64,000 nt of DNA, from the NCBI GenBank assembly GCA_951406725.2, contig OX597825.1, positions 28,458,001 through 28,522,000 of the forward strand, written 5' to 3'. Both the position numbers and the translations under genes were made by a program. Source of the DNA: Octopus vulgaris (Eukaryota). The notes below the pieces were generated by a model, which ran no database searches, had not been told where the DNA came from, and was given only the letters and a program-made list of their open reading frames with translations. Shown here in pieces: positions 52,780 to 64,000 of this stretch (positions within the stretch are counted from its first letter, which is position 1; each line of letters opens with the position of its first letter).

Positions 52780-54120
52780 TTTTATGTGTCCTGACTTCGA
52801 ATTTTGTAGTGGGCTGATAGCACGGGGGCCAAGTCTTGGATGGATTTTAAAATTGATGCCAACATCAATGTAGAGGTCCCGGCGGCGTTGGAGAGATTAG
52901 AGATTAAGTTTTTTAGTCGACCCCAATAGTCAATGCATGTTATGCCGTCCATCTTTCTTGTTATTGACATCTGGAGTGCTTCCATTCACGTAATGAGTCA
53001 CTTCTGATTGGGAGACCACAGTGGGCAACAGTATTCAAGGTAGGGTCGAGAAAAAGAAAAGTAGAGAAGGATGATGGTGTGGGCATCTCTAGACCGGTAA
53101 CTTCTCAGAATCCAGGTGTACAACTTGCGGGTCAAGTCAACCTTGTTGTTTACGGAGGAACTCCAGCTTAGATTGTTATCAACAATTACTTCAAGGTCTC
53201 TGGTGTTGTTGGATGTCACTAGGGAGTCACCCAAGAGAAGAGCGGACCAAATTAAACTTGTCTTCATTTAGAAGCATATTGTTCTTTTCCGACCATTGGA
53301 CAACAACAAACAGATCCGACTGAAGGCATGTTCGGTCTCCCATAACGTTTATGGCCTTATGGAGTTTGGAATAATCTGCATGATGACGTCTATGTTGTCA
53401 TTGATGTTGATAAGGAAGAGGAGTGGGCCCAACACAGTGCCTTGTGGGACACCACTACTGACTTTGGCTGAGATTGATCGGATTGCCTCAAACACAACAT
53501 GTTGGGTTCTGTTCGTCTGGAAACTCTTTATCCACTGCAGCAGCTTTTCACGGACTCTAGTGTTGGACAGTTTTTTTCAGCAGGATTTTGTGGTTCAATC
53601 TGTCAAATGCCTCGTCAGCTTTGGAGCCTTCTCACAAAGCTTTTAAAATATCATCAAACTGGTGCAGAAACTGCGACAGGCAGTTCCTGCCATCACGGAA
53701 ACCATGCTGGTTGGGGTTCAGCAGATTATTGTCTCCGAAGTAGTGAGTTATTCACGATTTCAACATCCTCTCGAATACTGTAATGATATAAGAAGAGAGT
53801 GAAAGTGGACGGTAGTTCGCTGCAAGAGTTTTGTTTCCCCTCTTTGAAAACTGGAACGACAGGCTAGGAAAGAAAATAATCAGGAATGCAGCCTGTGTCA
53901 AGTGAATTCCTCCAGAGCTCAGCTAGAGTGGGTACAATTTGATGTCGACACGTCTTCAGGACAGTGGGCTAGAAATTATCGAACCTACAACCGTGTTTGA
54001 TTTTATCTATCTCTGTTAGGATATCCGGTGCACCAAAATTTATGCCAGATATAGTTATTTGAGGGTTTACATCACTGATATTAGCCGGATCAACCTCATT
54101 AGCGTTACTGAAAACAGAGT
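52780..54120 (-). mobile_element. CR1-like LINE RT remnant
   Basis: GVPQGTVLGPLLFL, QHGF and RPYLEYCCPLWSP motifs, with stops. Confidence 0.8.
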
Positions 54121-54918
54121 AGTAAACAAAAACGGAAGGAAATGTATGTTCATCTGTTTCTAGGATGTTCATTCCAGTTGTATGGTAAACTGAAATGGTA
54201 ACTGATTCAACTGGTATTTTTTTTATTATTATCAATTTTCAAAGGATGAAAGGCAACGTTAAACTAGGTAGAATTTGAACTCAGAATGTAAAGCATTTTG
54301 CCTAGTGTGCTAATGATTCTGTCAGCTCGTAGTCTTGTGTTTAGACTATATTAACATAGAACTGAGTATACCCCAGCACACATTACATGCACGTATATAT
54401 TAATGATGTAAACAAATACATGACAAGTATGCATAATACTGAAAAAGCATGAAGTAAATACATGCAGACAAATATATTAATTTAAGAAATATTAAAAATA
54501 TACAAAATACTTTAGAAATCAATGAAGGGACAAAAGAAAAAGTAAGATGATACATGTTGACATTATTAGGTAATATGTTATTTCACAGGCGCTAAACTAT
54601 AAATTTCACAGGGTACAACCTTAAAGTTGACACCGCTAAGTTGACACCGCTACAACGCAGAAAATGTCTGTCTCACTATTCGCTAACAACACACAGTTTT
54701 GTCGATTTTTAAATGTCTGTAACGGTTTCGTCAAATTTTTTCTCCGCTTCTTATGAATAAGAGTGGAAAACTACTTCAATATAACCGATTTTCAGATTTT
54801 TACTTCCTTTAAAAAAATGCATATTCTGTGAATGAATTTAACTAGATCTAGGTGGTGCTTGACCACAAAAAAAACATAGATGTGAGTGTGCGCGCGTGGA
54901 TGTGTGCGTATGTGTGTG

Positions 54919-54980
<62 letters not shown>

Positions 54981-55719
54981 CCTTCCCCTGTTTTCTATCT
55001 GTCGCTCTCTCTTTCTTGCCCTCTATTTCCCCCCTCTGCAGCTGACACCTGACCTTTGGCCAGCCTTCCTTTCTTTCTCTCCCTTTTTCACTCCAGTTCC
55101 GTAGCTGAACGTTCGCAAATTCCCTATCTCATTGTCTTGCTATTTGCTGCTATCTATTCATTTAGGATGCCTTTTAAGCATTACCCACCATTCTTGCCTT
55201 TTTGGTTCTGAGGCTATATTTTGCTCGTTTCTTATTTATTTCGTCTTTCTCCATCGTCTTAAATTACCTTTATTCACGTTCGTCTTTCCACTCTGCATTG
55301 TTTTGTTTGCTCTCGGCCCTATATTCTCCGAACTTTCGCCGGCACCGCTTGCATACGGAGTTCTCAGTCTTATCATTAATGGTGCGAAACTGAGTAATAC
55401 CACCTAGTTGATAACAAATCGCAAATATTCTTGTCAAAAATGACAAAAATCAATGTTTTACCCTGCAACAAGTACCAAACATTCCAAAACAGTTGTGCAA
55501 AAACTAACTCGCGCCCCGCAGGGCGAAAACCCTCCTCAAAACGACGACAACTGTTCGACCTCAAGAGCGCAAACGTAACTTCAACACACAAATCAACAAC
55601 AAAAACACACCAATTAAACAAACACACCAATTAAACAAACACACTGAGCAACAGCAGCTGAACGCAAAAGAGTGACAAGCACCGGTTGGCGATAAAATCT
55701 TTATTATGGTCAAACTGAT

Positions 55720-57395
55720 CGTACATAGACAAAGACATTACAAGACAAACAAATACAAAAATCTTATATGAGTTCGAATGAGCATTAAGTTTGACTATAA
55801 CTTTAAAAAAACGGAAATAAAGAAAGAAAATGAATAAAAGCTCAAACAGATCGAACCCGGCAGCCTATAAGGCCCAACAACTATCTTTTCCTTTCCTCAA
55901 TGATTAAACTGGGTTACTAACACCCACCTATCTCATCACATCCTTCCATCGTTTCTCGTATTCACTCGGTGGCAGGGTCTTCCTCTCAACCCCATCTTGC
56001 TCTTCAGATGGTATCTGAAATAGGACAGCAAACCGGGGCCAGAGACGAAGGACCCTGTCACAGAACCTTCCATTCTAGTCCTCCAAACACACTCTTTCAG
56101 TACTGCAAACGTACAGTAAAAACATGCCTTACCTTCTTTTGAGTGTCCAGTTGGCGGTATCATCTTTATCATAGATCCACCCGACAGCTGTACTCGTCCC
56201 AGATGCGACAGCACGTGTTCAACGTAACATTTCAAGCTAGATAGCTCCCGGCATTCTAGAAAAGCGTGCTGGACAGTCTCATTTTCCAGCCCACATCTTG
56301 GACACGGCGGTGGCATTGACATTCCCTGCCTGGATAACTTATCTCGAACAGGTAAAGCATTCCTGTAGCACTGAAAGGTCAGGGATTTTTGGAAGTTATC
56401 CAAGTACCACGAATTGAAAGATTTTTTAAACAGGTTCCCATCGAATCCTACAGCCCCTCCTAGAACGTCATCATTTTTTTTGCCTCTACCAGCCCTCTAT
56501 AGAACACCGAGGTGGTATTCCTTTCCCAACTTGTCGATCAGCCAGAGTACCTTCTGCCATGAAGTTAGGTTACATCTTTTAATGAAACCGGGTTTAAATC
56601 TCTCCAAACAGGCCGGTCGCGGCAAGAACTCCTCCGCCAGCGGACTCCACACATTATCACCCTCCAGGTGGTACCAGAGATGTCTCAACCTCAACGCATA
56701 TCTGCGCATCATCAGCCTTTCCAGTCCACCGTTTAACGGTTCCTCGCAGTAAACAGAGCGCCTCACAAGTGGTTTCCTCCCTTCAGCAAAAACTGGAAGA
56801 GGAGTCTTTCCAACTTGTTTAGCCACAAATCGGGGCAAGGCACAACGGACAGGCGGTAGGAGATTACAGATGCTATAAACACCTTCACCACCTCCGCCCA
56901 TGCCCTTCAAGAACAGAGGTCTTCCGGACCACTCCCGTACTATGGCCTCCACCATGTCCACTACCTCGCTCCAATTCTTCTCCATCTGGGAGTCCCGAGC
57001 CAAACCAAACTCCAAGCAACCCAACAGGGCAATCTGTCCAGTGTCCAACGACACTGGACGATATCGGATTGTTCCTACAAGTGCCGAGGCGCAAACCGAT
57101 CGATTCGACCTTGTTAACTTTTGCCCTTGCCACCGCTTCGTATCGTCGGAGAGTATCTTCTACACGAGGTAGCTGAGCTACGTTGGATCCGATGAGGGTG
57201 ACATCTTCCCCTAAAGCAGAAACAAACCCACTGCTGTACATAGCGGAGATCTTCCCGCGAAAGCCAGGGCCCAGCCTAGCCGCTTCGAGGACCGCCTCCA
57301 GGTACTGATGGTCTAACAAATCGAACGCTTTACTTTGGTCTAAATGGACCTATGCCCTTCCTTCGTCGGTTAATTTCCCAACCATATCTAAGGTG
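55720..57395 (-). mobile_element. L1/Tx1-like LINE remnant (RT + zf-RVT)
   Basis: LDQSKAFD, GGL and CPRCG...ETVQHAFLEC motifs. Confidence 0.8.
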
Positions 57396-57409
57396 AAGGT
57401 GAAGATTCA

Positions 57410-58160
57410 GCCTTTCATTAAACTTTCTTTACATATCTTCAAAAAAGCTTGTTTCTTTAGCCACGTTTCATTTCTCAGTCGTTGCTTACATCACCGCCTC
57501 ATCCCAAAAGGTTTCCGCTTCCATTTCGCCCTACTCTCCATTCTGCTTCAACCACCCTAACCATACTCCGTACTACATCCTACCGCATTATGGGTGCCAC
57601 CATTTGCTCCAATCTCTCTAAAATACATACCATCGACCGCCCTCTCCCTCCGGCTTTTTCCATCTTTTCCTCCTCTCTGTCCCCCTCCCATTCTCACAAA
57701 TCTTTGCCATATATAATTCATTTAACTCATCTCTTTCATCAATATCTTGTCAACACCAAACTTCGTAAACTCCACTCTCTCCTCCATTCCTTCACACATG
57801 ATGCCACTATCCCAACTCCTCCACTACCTTCCCTGACACACACCCCAACACACCGACCCACCATTGTCCCTCCAAACCCCCATCACACATCCACACTCCT
57901 CCGTCCCAGCCTTCCACCAGCCCTACCACTCCTACTTCTATTCCATCAAATCCTCCTACTTCTATTCCGTCCTCCCCTTCTCTACTTCAGTCTCTTGTTA
58001 CCATTCCCAGATCTTTTCTCTGAGGCGGATCGCTCCATCCTTTGAAGGGGCCTTCGTTTAATCTCCTTCACTCCATCCTGCAATGAATTTCATACTCCTG
58101 CTAATATCCACAACTTTGTGCGCCGTGGTGTGTGCGCTTTTCCGCTACACTCTACCCGCA
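57410..58160 (+). mobile_element. Probable Penelope-like element N-terminal fragment
   Basis: SHVSFLSRCLHHRLIPKGF motif followed by a pyrimidine-rich ORF. Confidence 0.55.
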
Positions 58161-58163
58161 TCT

Positions 58164-64000
<5,837 letters not shown>

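Overview
AT-rich, microsatellite-dense eukaryotic DNA. The tRNA-derived SINE families and repeat landscape suggest an octopus (coleoid cephalopod); this is inference. The only host genes are four paralogous receptor guanylyl cyclases (rGCs) whose coding sequences are intronless. Two lie on the minus strand (A1, cut by the left edge; A2, complete, ~1687 aa) and two on the plus strand (B1, complete, 1681 aa; B2, cut by the right edge), arranged divergently. The complete copies have an unusually long ectodomain: signal peptide, ~480 aa of about three beta-sandwich-like modules, an ANF-receptor/Venus-flytrap-like domain and three EGF-like repeats. These are followed by TM, pseudokinase, coiled-coil and class III cyclase domains. 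Paralog differences cluster in ectodomain patches, which suggests a diversifying receptor family. The rest is decayed transposons: Dong/R4 LINEs in (TAA)n, CR1, RTE, Tx1 and Penelope remnants, mariner, Merlin, nested MITEs, Helentron-type elements and SINEs. One nearly intact hammerhead-ribozyme motif and two degenerate ones are also present.
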